A stretch of DNA of 56,096 bases, filler included, from Bipalium vagum (Eukaryota): the NCBI GenBank assembly GCA_037834085.1. It is 3 parts of 3 records of this genome, joined end to end, with 100 filler letters (N's around TTAATTAATTAA, not from the genome) between each part and the next. Parts side by side here need not be neighbours in the genome. Positions count along the whole stretch, not along the records: positions 16,196 to 35,501 come from JBBMKC010005038.1; positions 35,602 to 56,096 come from JBBMKC010251987.1; 1 more part is not named here. One strand, 5' to 3'. A program made the position numbers and the translations under genes. Of the stretch, positions 28,801-38,811 are shown in pieces. The notes under the pieces were generated by a model that saw only the letters and a program-made list of their open reading frames with translations, had not been told where the DNA came from and searched no databases. The stretch's first letter is position 1, and every line of letters begins with the position of its first letter.

Positions 28801-30462
28801 CTATTGCAGATAAAAAATTTTAATTTTAAAACAAGCATTTTTAAAAATCCTGAAACAGTAAATTATCGATCCATTAGTAAAATTCAAATGTATATATTAT
28901 TAGTAAACCATTTTTTTATTTGAAAATTAATTGATTGATAAAAAATCCCAAACAAACTGGCCTCTTAATTCGAATATTTTCAAAGATTTGTTGTTCACAC
29001 TGCAAATGAATTGAGACTGATTCAACCAGGCAAATGAATTGACAAAATCCCCACGACCTGAATTTCAATAAAAAAAATCAATACCTTAAAAATAATTCCG
29101 AAAACTCATGGTAAATCAATTTAAAAAACTACACATCTGTCGAAAAATCAATAATTGACGTCAAAAAATAATCGAGAAACATACAAAACTCAAAGTTCGC
29201 CTGTTCACCACTCAAATCTCCGACGACTTTGTTCTGTAATGAATTCAGTTGACCGCCATAGGTAGTTTGGAAAGCAAATTTTTGATTCATAAAATTTTGG
29301 CTTGAAATCGGCATAAAGACTGCTATTATAAAGAAACAAACCAAAACAAATCAATATTAAATTGAATACATGATAAAAACGTTACTTTTACTTTCTACAG
29401 GCTTCTGAAATTCCCATATCAAGATCGACGGTTCGTTACTGGAAGATCCTCTGCTTTTATCAATAACTTGGGCCATCTATATGGAACAGATTGAACTATA
29501 ATTTTAACATAAATCTTCCCGAAAAACCATGGATAAACCGCAACTGTTTTTAAAAGAAAGTATTATCCCTCTCTGATCTCGAGTTTAAGATGCGTTTCTC
29601 TAATATTTTAATATCTTATTTTGTATCTTTTCTTTTCGGATAAGGCATGGTTTCCTGGTTATGAAATAAAGAAACTTTTCGGTAAAAGTCAAGCTTTTCT
29701 CAGATAAAATTTAGCTTATCCGTGGTACTTTGGGAAATAAAATTTGGAATTGTAGAAATTTTTAGATCAATAACAAAAGGTATAAAAATTATTTAAGTTT
29801 TTTTTTCTTTAATTTTGATTAAATTAAAACTTAGACTAACACTTTGTAATAAATAAATGAATATTATATTAAAAATATATCACCATATTTTTGACCCAAG
29901 GATTCCAATATATAAATAAAATTGGCTTTAAATATTTAGGCTCTGTAATTTTATATTTTAATAATATATAGTAATAACCAGATTTTACTGAAATCTTTTT
30001 CAACTTGAGAATAGTCCTCCAGTTCTCCGGAAGTTGGATTTGGTCTTTATTAAAACTTTCCATGAAATGTATTCATTTAATTTATTATTATTACTTGATA
30101 AATTTGATAACACCGTTTATCAGTCCAATTGCAATGATATCCTCAAAATCTGGTAGAGTTTCATTCGTTTTACAAACTTGCCAGGAAACAGCCTAATATG
30201 AATTTTTATCACATATCTTAACTCGCACATCTTACTTTAATTATTTCACTTTCATTATAAGTGGATATTTTCTTAATACTGTTATTTAAAGATAGATTTT
30301 CTAAAAAAAATAATTATAATTTATTTTTTCGTATTAAATTAAACCATCTAATTGTTTTGGGATTGCTTCAAATAATTCTATCTGCTTTAAATTAACCTTA
30401 ATGAACTTATTATCAATATTCGGGGACCAGATAATATAAGAATTTTGAAACTGCTTATAATT
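16810..30462 (-). CDS. MIOS: GATOR2 complex subunit MIOS (Mio/Sea4), WD40 plus alpha-solenoid; partial (start exon and C-terminal Zn-finger not seen)
   Basis: At least 24 phase-consistent GT-AG exons translate collinearly with MIOS blocks recalled from animal orthologues: IIWSPNIDNKFIKV (~ILWAP..DRFVV), AVSWQ..IIAIGLING, PKYLKPILFIYWNP, SILIWEF, VNSFAWL..LKIFELR, IIVWKEDSFDKP, IEWSPL.PGYL, CATWHK, ENDISIIMQERAQNGFGL, ACGWP, ERAGAMALVTLNF, LAGF..WSAIC..PYLRLIFNFL, DKLAIAALYM, GNLEMVTLTGL..DLLQAYLNRTNDIQTA, YRNLLDNFRMWLIRADFDI. The gene is cut by the spacer at 16096. Confidence 0.92.
18650..19920 (-). mobile_element. Highly decayed DD41D/rosa-like transposon in a MIOS intron
   Basis: Minus-strand relic motifs DTGPFLF (~19070) and FLRQDGAY (~18860). 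Boundaries approximate. Confidence 0.45.
21213..22026 (-). mobile_element. Internally deleted mariner in a MIOS intron
   Basis: TIRs TTATGGTGTCCCAAAATTTTATGGTTACT and AGTGACCACAAACTTTTGAGACACCCTAA with TA flanks. ORF 21842-21390 has a mariner HTH and KVVPHDLTPEQ. A second mariner-like end (TTAGGTTGTG) abuts at 22031. Confidence 0.85.
24130..24730 (-). mobile_element. Mariner catalytic-domain relic in a MIOS intron
   Basis: Minus-strand relics KWILH, IWWDLHGVLYYE and ARPYVA. Confidence 0.65.
26350..27100 (+). mobile_element. Very decayed mariner-like relic in a MIOS intron
   Basis: Weak similarity of SEIFSPQKLNFDNIKTLVNV..IIVKE to the mariner 'SAKFVPKLLNFDQK..RV..IITGDE' segment. Confidence 0.35.
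27560..28574 (-). mobile_element. Decayed mariner in a MIOS intron
   Basis: Minus-strand relic N-terminus (ILRYLRKK..AAEKICSVEGNE) resembles the copy at 34420. Also LLQHDD near 27905 and a TIR-like end AAAAGACTTTTGATACATCCTAA. Confidence 0.7.
28620..28731. repeat. Degenerate (AAT)n microsatellite
   Basis: Interrupted AAT repeats read directly from the sequence. Confidence 0.85.
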
Positions 30463-32602
30463 CTAAAAAGTATTTAAATAGAAATAAGATTTATAGATAT
30501 CAATAGATTAATTGATAAAATAAGATTAAAATGATAATTTTCCAAACTTTAAATTTGGAAAATTTTATATCAATATTTAAACAATTATTTTATATGATTA
30601 TGTAAGTTTATTATATTAAGTATTACAAAAAGCTAATAATTGTATTATATTATAATTTTGAAATCTTTTCTAAAATATCACTAATTAATATTAAACCTAT
30701 TTTCTACGCCAATAGAAAATATCAATTTTAACGTATGATTATACCTACTTATAATACAATTATTATAATACTAATTATTTGACAATAAATTAACAAAATT
30801 AATGTTAATAAATCTAAAGCATGTGGAAAAATAGAGTTTTAAACTTTTATGAAGAATCATTATAAAAAAAAGGTTACAGTGAAAATCGAAACGGCTTACA
30901 GTGATGGTCAGCTGTTTCTCACTTTTATACTTTACTTTATTAATTTTCTTTCCATTTCATAGATGTAGATAAATATGATTTATTTATATTTATTAAGAGT
31001 TTGGAAAAGATTAAAAATAATTACCACGCTATATATTTTCAAGAAAAATAAATTACAGTATTCATAAATATGAGTTTATTCACAAGGATTAAAACTATAT
31101 ACGAAATCGATAAATAAAATAAGATTGCAAGGTAGTTTATTATTGTTTATTAGCTATATAAATCGATTGTTTCTGGTCTGGAATTGATGGTCCTCTTGTT
31201 TCTTTTACACCCCTTGTACTTTTGTTAGGACATTCTTAACTAATAGTTGGATTCTCACAAGTAGTAATTATATCTGGAAGTAAGACTACTATAGAATAAA
31301 TTTGATTTCAAGGTTATTTAAAAATTGGATTCTTATTCTTGAGTTAATTTTTTTTTAAATCCTTGTTGAATTTTTAGTTATTAATAACTTATATTAATCA
31401 ATTTCAGTTTAAAATATGTCTCGAAAATCTTATAGTTGCACTCGCTAGATATTAACACTATTTATATTACTAAACAAATAATACGTAAGTCTAAGGCTTT
31501 ATTCAATCAACATACACAATAGCTATAACTATGTTAACTCAATAAATGTTCCACAACGATGTGATATATAAAACTCCACATTCTCAACTCCCAAATTAAA
31601 AACTGTCACACACCATAGTATCAGAAAGTCTTCAAAAACTTCTCAGTTTATCCATTTCACGAAAAAAATATATCGAAGATATGATAAAGAAATAAGATAA
31701 AATCACATAAAAATAATATACATAATGTATAATAATAATGTAAATAATAAAAATAATGTACGTTACAAAAAATGGTTTTGTATTACATATAAGACCAAAA
31801 TTACTTTTAGCCAATTTAAGCCTGAGTCCTACGAGGATTGCCCTGGCTTTTAAGTGCACCCATCAGTTCTCAAACTCGAAAGGAACCCGAACAAAATCCT
31901 TATCGTATATCGGCTGGTAAGTTACCAACCAATATAATCTTCAATTTTTATCGCAATAATCTATCCAGTTTATTTTCAAGTTCTTTTTGAATAAAAACAG
32001 TTAACCAGATGACAATCAATCAACCTTTTCGAGTAAAAAAAAGATTAATTCCATCCTGCCTTTCAAGCAAAGAGAAAAATAACTTCTTTTTCATTCGAAA
32101 ATAAACTCCCCTTAAGCCTGTCAGGGCGAAAACATAACTCAATTAACTAAGACCTACTTAGGTTTAAAAAATCAATTATAATGTACTTCTTGTGCAAAAA
32201 AATTTTATTAATATCAATCGTTATTAGCAAATCATTTTCCTTTTATTATTGTTTTTGAGTCTGAGAATGCGATAATAAAGATTGAAAGAGAGGGTCTTTC
32301 AAATACAAATTACAAACAGTTATAACTTTTTCATTTAGATTGGTAAAAATATTTTTTAATTATTTTTTATTAAAATCAATTAAAGTTAAGTGAAATAAAA
32401 TATTTTTACTAAAGATGTAGACAATTACACCTTAATATCGAAAAATACGAACATTTTCAATGTATTGTGTCATTTTTATTAAAATAGCAAAACAGGCTAA
32501 CATCTAAATAAACTAAAGATATATAATAATGAAAATAGCGATAGGTCAAGTGTACGAAATGATTAAGGAAAAGTTATCATCATCATTTATAAAATGCACA
32601 GT

Positions 32603-33249
32603 TTATAAAAGAGATATTTGTGAATGATTTTTATTTGAAGTATAGGTAAAAGGATTATTATTTTGTGGTTCCGAATGCATCCTGAATTTATCACGAAAAT
32701 CTGAATTAATTCCGTCCTTAAAAGAATTAAAATGTTGTTTGTCAGAATTGTCGCCTTCTAATTCTTTGAGAAAGATATCCGAGGGTTCAAGGCTGATAAC
32801 GGTTAGGCTATCATTACTACTATTGTTAGTTATTTCTGTCGCTGCTATTTCAGCATTTGAGTCCAAACGAAAAGTGACAAATTTCATATTGGGATTGTTT
32901 TTATTGATCCCATCGTTCTTTGGAGATGATGTTATGTTGCTAGATACATCATCACTTATAGATGATAAATGATCATTTGAAGTTTCTTCTTTAATTGAAA
33001 ATTCCATGTTAGGTTTCCGGTTCATTTGACGAATATCTTCAAAACGGTTGTTTTCATTGGGTTGTACCCCAGTGAACGAGTTAACACATTTGTAAAAGTT
33101 ATTCAGTGGAAACTTTTCGCCATTTTTCAAATATAAATTGCTTCTAAAGTCTTCCATCAGAGGTGTCGGTGAACCTATACTTGAATGTATAGTTTTGTAT
33201 ACTCTTCCATGGGGTAAGTGTTGATTAATTTGAACATATTCTGAAGTAT
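32603..33249 (-). CDS. Large terminal exon of an unknown gene (S/N/D-rich, probably disordered)
   Basis: Stop-free frame of about 215 codons in ~75% AT DNA, preceded by a TATCTTAG acceptor at 33250 and ending TAA at 32603. Upstream exons were not resolved. Confidence 0.55.
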
Positions 33250-33619
33250 CTAAGATACAAATAGAAATAACTTTTTTATATAATAATTTCATAAAATTAA
33301 TCAAGATCAAAAACAAAAAAATCACTAAATCACTAAAAAACCCGAATTTTGTATTTTACCAGTATTTTACAAAGTAATTTAAGAAATCACCTCATAAAAT
33401 TATTTGAAAAATTTCAGCTTTGACACTTATACAAAAATTGTATTAAATCAAAGCAATCTTCTATAAGCATTTCCTATAATAAATTCATTGGAGTATCAAA
33501 ATTCCTTCTTGATTTTTCCTGCTTCATTTATACTAAAATATTCCAATAGCTTTTTATTTATTGTCAGGAATAATAGTATTCTGAAAAATTTGTAATAAAA
33601 AAACAACTCATTAATTTAA

Positions 33620-34075
33620 AGTTCTACTGATTCCTAGATCAAAGGGAAAATATAACATAAGAAAGATAATGTCAAGAAATCGAATAAATGCACTGAAATT
33701 TGAAATCTTTATGTCCTTCATCATTCAATAGAAAACATCTAATAATTCATGACGACAATGCTAGATCACATGTTGCAAAACAATCCATTTGGAACTTGAA
33801 TGATTTTCGATATGGACGTCTGCCTCATCCAGCATACTCATCGGATCTTTCGCCTACTAAGTATTATTTTTATCACTTTTCCCACTTCTTGCCACCTCCA
33901 CAGTAATGGTGTTCAGAATGCCTTCCGTAAGTTAATCGATTTCTAAAGACCAGAATTCTACGTTATTGGAATAAATAAACTTATTTTGTGTTGACAGAAA
34001 TGTGTTATTTGCCATGAATCATATTTTTAATAAAACATTTTCTAGCCTTCTTTCTTATTTTCTTACCAACCTGAT
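33620..34075 (+). mobile_element. Mariner 3' fragment
   Basis: IIHDDNARSHVA and LPHPAYSSDLSPTKYYFY motifs, plus a TIR-like end TTTCTTACCAACCTGA. Confidence 0.85.
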
Positions 34076-34228
34076 ATTTATATTTGTTTTAATTATTAAT
34101 ATATTTGAATATTATCATTTTATAGGTTATTTTTATATTAAGTAATAAATAAATTGTCTATAAAAAAATTAATTTTCTTAATCCTTCAGTCTTGATTTCA
34201 AAAGCTTTGAACTCCACAAAGTATAATA

Positions 34229-35375
34229 TTAGGGTGAGTCATAAATAATTTCGTTTGATTTATTTTTGTTTAGCTATTTTAAAGTGATTTATTACATACT
34301 TAAAATTTACTTTATTGAGTTATTTATCATTTTTAAGGTAATTAAATGTTCTATAAGTAAACAAATGAACTGACCTAAAATAATATTTGATTTATATTTT
34401 ACTTTAGTTCTAATAAATATGGAAATTCGGGCACTCCTTCGACATTATTGGAAACATGATTTCATTACAAGTGCAGCGCCTGAAAAAATATGCGAGGTGG
34501 AAAATGAAGATAATGTGTTAACTTGTGTTGGTTAGAGCAACCTTCAGTCAAAGTTACACAAATCAGTTTAAGATCATTCATTGACTAGAACTAAAAAATT
34601 GTCTGATGCACATAATGTGTCCCAAAGAACAATTTTCCGACATTTAAAGGCTATCGGTGAGGTCAACAGACCTTGCAGAGAAGTGCCTAATGATTTAACA
34701 AAAAATCAACCAATGAGATTTTTTGAAGTATACATTAAACGTCTTAAAAATTCCTATGACGACCGCTTTTTTTCGTAAAATTTTTACTTCAGATGAGGAA
34801 TAGATCTATCTTATCAATCCTGACAAAAAGAATCAATGGTTGAATATACGCCAGGTGGCAAAAACAAGTTCCAAAATAGAACAGTTCTCAAAAAAGATGC
34901 TACTGTGTGTTTGGCTGAATCTTCCTGGAATCATTCACTTTGAATCAATTCCGATCAAGACTTTAGACGCAAATTCTATTTTACACAATTAGATTTAATG
35001 TATAAAAAATTATCGTCATTGGTCAATGGAAAGTGAGCAATACTGCAGCAACATAATGCCACACCACACACCACGAAGAGAAAACTTGAAAACTTCAACG
35101 AATTAAAATCTATTTAGTTTTTACCACATCCAGCACATAGTCCTGACCTTGCTGCATCGGATTATCATCTTTTCCGAACAATGGCACACTTTTTCAAAGG
35201 TTGTGTCTTCAATGATTTTGACAAGGTATCCAAATGGGTCTCAAGGATTTTTTGTGTCCGAAGACATGGAATGTTTTCTTGCAGGATGGAGCAACTGGCA
35301 AATAGATGGTTGAAAGCCATTGAAATTATTTGTGACTCACGCTATTATTAATAAAAGATTACAATTTTTTTTAAT
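34229..35375 (+). mobile_element. Decayed near-full-length mariner
   Basis: TIR-like TTAGGGTGAGTCATAAATAATTTC with an inverted match GAAATTATTTGTGACTCAC at ~35322-35340. Motifs: MEIRALLRHYWK, EVPNDLT, IFTSDEE, LQQHNATPHT, HPAHSPDLAASDYHLF. Confidence 0.88.
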
Positions 35376-35379
35376 GATT

Positions 35380-35501
35380 ACTAGGCATCGTCGTTTTGAT
35401 GTGTCATCCGCACTTCTTTTACGAAACAAAACTGATCCTTTCCTCGATCGCATTGTGACATGTGATGAGAAATGGATCATGTACGACAATCGCCGACGTT
35501 C
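35380..35501 (+). mobile_element. Well-preserved mariner transposase fragment cut by the contig end
   Basis: RHRRFDVSSALLLRNKTDPFLDRIVTCDEKWIMYDNRRR. Confidence 0.85.
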
Positions 35502-35601
35502 NNNNNNNNNNNNNNNNNNNNNNNNNNNNNNNNNNNNNNNNNNNNTTAATTAATTAANNNNNNNNNNNNNNNNNNNNNNNNNNNNNNNNNNNNNNNNNNN
35601 N
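35502..35601. other. Artificial contig-join spacer
   Basis: 44 N + TTAATTAATTAA + 44 N, identical to 16096-16195. Confidence 0.97.
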
Positions 35602-36894
35602 TAGTTTATTTACTTGATGCTGAACAGCATCAACGTTAATATATATTTTTATTAGTTTTAATTTGTCTTGTCTTGGTTAAAAATATTAAATTTTAAAACC
35701 TTTTAACGTTTAATTATTTGGGTAAAAGTTTACAAGTAATTTTGCAAGTATTAGTACAGTTTCAAGTATTATATTCGATAATTATTAGTAAAGTTAAAGT
35801 ATTTCTATTTGACTTTGAAGTCTTAGGTATTATCTAATATTAGAATTATTCAGTTATATTCATTGATATAATATAGCCCAGCTTCAAATAATATTTAAAA
35901 ATTCAAATGGCTATTATATTTTTTAGAATGGTTTCAAATATATGCAGTGCCGTTTCAAATAATATAGACAATGCGGTTTTTTTATATAATATGCAATATG
36001 AGTATCAAAATAGTCTTGGTATATCAAAATTGTCATTTTCTTTTAATGAAAACACATCGTTACTTGTACTTATGATTATGTCTATGATTATTTTTTATTT
36101 TCAAATAAGAATAGGAAATTTGGAAAAGACAAATCTTCAAAAAATAGTTGAAATGACTAAAAAGAAAGATCGTTATAAACTAATGGCAAAGATCAACTTA
36201 AATGAAATTTAATTGTTATTGTATGTATTGTTATTTGTTTTTGTTCGCTACGTGAAAATTCAAATTTTTGCCTTTAATTAACTATAGCCTATAAAATTAA
36301 CCATATATAAGAGATCAAAAATTCTAAAAGATACAAAAAATTTTATATATATCTTGTAATAAAAGTTATATAAAGCAAAATTATAAAATTTTATTATTGC
36401 AATTAGCGAATACTTATTCCGGCCATTATAATAATCATTTCTCAGATCCTGTCGTTTCATCAACAATTATTTTAAATATTTTAACGTCAATTAGGCATTA
36501 CTTCAACGACAGTTCAGCATTTCCTGTCATTATTATTATTACGATAACAACTACTATAAAAGCAGCAATCGCAGAGAATAAAAGAAAAAGATGTGGAGAC
36601 TACGACCAAACAAAGCTCCAAAAACACCAACAGCATCAAATTCGTGACAAAAACTTTTTGTGATTATAAACTTTTCTAACTTTGTGATTATCAATAACAC
36701 TTCTAGTATCTTGGTGATCGTCCATTCATAAATGTGCATGAAACTTTATTTATTCTTGTGTATTAAATTTACGCTCCAACCTTTAACATCTTTTTGTCCA
36801 TCAACTTAGGATCTTAACAGGATTATTGTAGAAAAACTCTGATGTAGCTACAATAATATAATAATATAATAATACAATATTATTTGAATTCATA

Positions 36895-37302
36895 ATGGCC
36901 GGTCATAACTTAGGGGAAATGCCAGTACTCCCCAATGTTGCTGAGTTTCACCAATCATGGCATAATTTAATTCAACAGAACGCATTGTTGAATAATTTAC
37001 TAGTTCAAGTAGAACAAATACAACATCAGATTCAGCAACTTCAACAGGATAATCAGCAACAACAGCAGATTCAGAATCTGGAGGCACAAGTTGGAATGCT
37101 GAAGGAAAATGAAAATCTTTGGAGCTATTCAATGAATGACATCGTTAAAAGGGCAAGAGGTTATAGAAGAGCAGGAATTAATAGAGCAAAGGCTCATGGA
37201 TTTGGAATTTTCAAACCGGAATTTTTGCTATTTCTAATGCGTGTTCCTGTTTTTTTTGTGGGCTTAATATATCAATTAAGAACCAAAATAATAATAAAAT
37301 AA
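36895..37302 (+). CDS. Q-rich coiled-coil ORF, possibly ORF1/gag-like of the element carrying the glycoprotein
   Basis: ATG-initiated 135-aa ORF with LIQQNALLNNLLVQVEQIQHQIQQLQQDNQQQQQIQNLEAQV heptads. It follows an LTR/PBS-like segment. No recognised homologue. Confidence 0.45.
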   Translation: MAGHNLGEMPVLPNVAEFHQSWHNLIQQNALLNNLLVQVEQIQHQIQQLQQDNQQQQQIQNLEAQVGMLKENENLWSYSMNDIVKRARGYRRAGINRAKAHGFGIFKPEFLLFLMRVPVFFVGLIYQLRTKIIIK

Positions 37303-37358
37303 AATAATAATAATAATATAAGTAATATAAAATAATCCGACCAAATCCTACTCTTACA

Positions 37359-38135
37359 GAATATACAAAAATCCCTGACAATTACCGATCAGCACCCCGA
37401 CGAAGTTCTAGTAGCGATGAGCCGAAAACGCCTACTGTCTACTATGCGTACTATAGAAGTGAGCTCATACGCTCAATACTAAAGAAAGAAATAATTAAAT
37501 GTACCTTATAATGTATTGAGGAAATTGAATTTTATGATCTGATTCAGATAGTTTCGCATTTCTTCAATTTAACGAGGCCTAAAAAGACAGTTGGTGGATA
37601 CGCAAGATAACATAGATGTGGAATGTGACAGAATCAGCAGAGTCAATAAAAAAGAAGATAAAAAAATTGTGGTCATTCTGTTCATTCAATTTTAATTCAA
37701 AATTTTCAAAAAAGAAAATTAAACATCTACTTTTTTTGGTGTGACCTAAATACATTTTTGAAAAATATTTATTGTTTTTTGTGCTCGAAATTAAAAATAA
37801 ATATTAAATATTAAAAATAAAATAATAAAGTTTAAGTTAGAAAATAAAGTTTTGCTTGTAAATAAGGAACACGTCTGGAGATTTGAACTAAAACACAACA
37901 AACAATGTATTTAGATAAAAGAAAGGCTTTTTTCAACGGTATTCACGAATAGCTCGGTTTCTGGCTCGATTCTCCGAAGATAGAAATGGCGATCTCAATA
38001 ATATATTTTTACAATACAGGGAATATACAAAAATTCCTGATAATTACCGATCAGCATACCGATGAAGTTCTAGTAGCGATGAGCTGAAAACGTCTAGTGT
38101 CCTAATACGCTCAACACTAAAGAAATAATTAAATG
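37359..38135 (+). repeat. Diverged direct repeat pair (37359-37502 and 38022-38135)
   Basis: Both copies share GAATATACAAAAAT.CCTGA.AATTACCGATCAGCA..CCGA.GAAGTTCTAGTAGCGATGAGC.GAAAACG...ATACGCTCAA.ACTAAAGAAA..TAATTAAATGT. Confidence 0.9.
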
Positions 38136-38811
38136 TGGTGTAGCTGTCATTGAAACTATATAGGTATACATGTTACCAAGGAAAAAGTAACAAAAGAATA
38201 GTTCCGATATTAAATTGGATTATTACCATGATATACATAGGCAATTAAAAGATGTTTATCTAAAAACTATTCTGAATAACTGTAAATTGGCTAGAGAAAT
38301 ACTAAAAAATGTATTATTATTGGCAATAAATAACCCTGAATTGATCATTCAAGATGGAGTTTTTGGTTACGTTTACGGTTTTGGTTACTTACGTCAAGAT
38401 TTAGTTTTGTTTCCCCTCTCACTAGAATGATTCCCGAAGTAAGCGTTCAACCTCAAATGGCCATGTGTGAACCAATTATATCACCAATTTATAAAATAGG
38501 CGAACAGTGGAAAACCACTACGCGATAGAGTTCAAACTATTGATGCCTTAGATATAAAAAATATTGTAGAATTCAAACCCTTACAATACATTAATGATGG
38601 AGGTATCTATTCCATGAAAGATATCAAACAAGCTAGTAAAGTTATCCTCTTTCCTCAAGCCCAAGAACGAGGAATAATTGAAATGATTACTAAAATCTAT
38701 AACTCGCAAGAAGGAAAAATTGATTATAATTTACTCTTAGGAGCCGATCATCATACACATGCACCGAACATGTGTACAATTCGAAATTTGAACCACGAAA
38801 TACCTGCATAA
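38110..38811 (+). pseudogene. Endogenous chuvirus-like / herpes gB-like class III fusion glycoprotein relic
   Basis: Collinear frameshifted blocks: KEIIKCGVAVIET; IKLDYYHDIHRQLKDVYLKTILNNCKLAREILKNVLLLAINNPELIIQDGVFGYV; AMCEPIISPIYKIGEQW; FKPLQYINDGGIYSMKDIKQASKVILFPQAQERGII. These match the recalled order and spacing of chuviral G motifs (SKFVYVE.HI..Q...LY......C.LERQVL.N.L..A...P; C....P.MY.I...W; SGIY...D.......IMFP). Confidence 0.75.

Noticed and set aside
27472-28961. Obligate GC-AG intron in MIOS
   Set aside because: A fully canonical solution exists using the GT at 28957 and a 17-nt microexon, so a GC donor is not required.
29500-29780. Non-canonical (GA or AT donor) MIOS exons
   Set aside because: The expected motif is supplied by canonical exons at ~30055-29883, so this stretch is intronic.
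35907-36212. 101-aa ORF as an intact gene
   Set aside because: AT-rich low-complexity sequence with internal splice-like signals and no recognisable homology. It may contain exons but cannot be supported.
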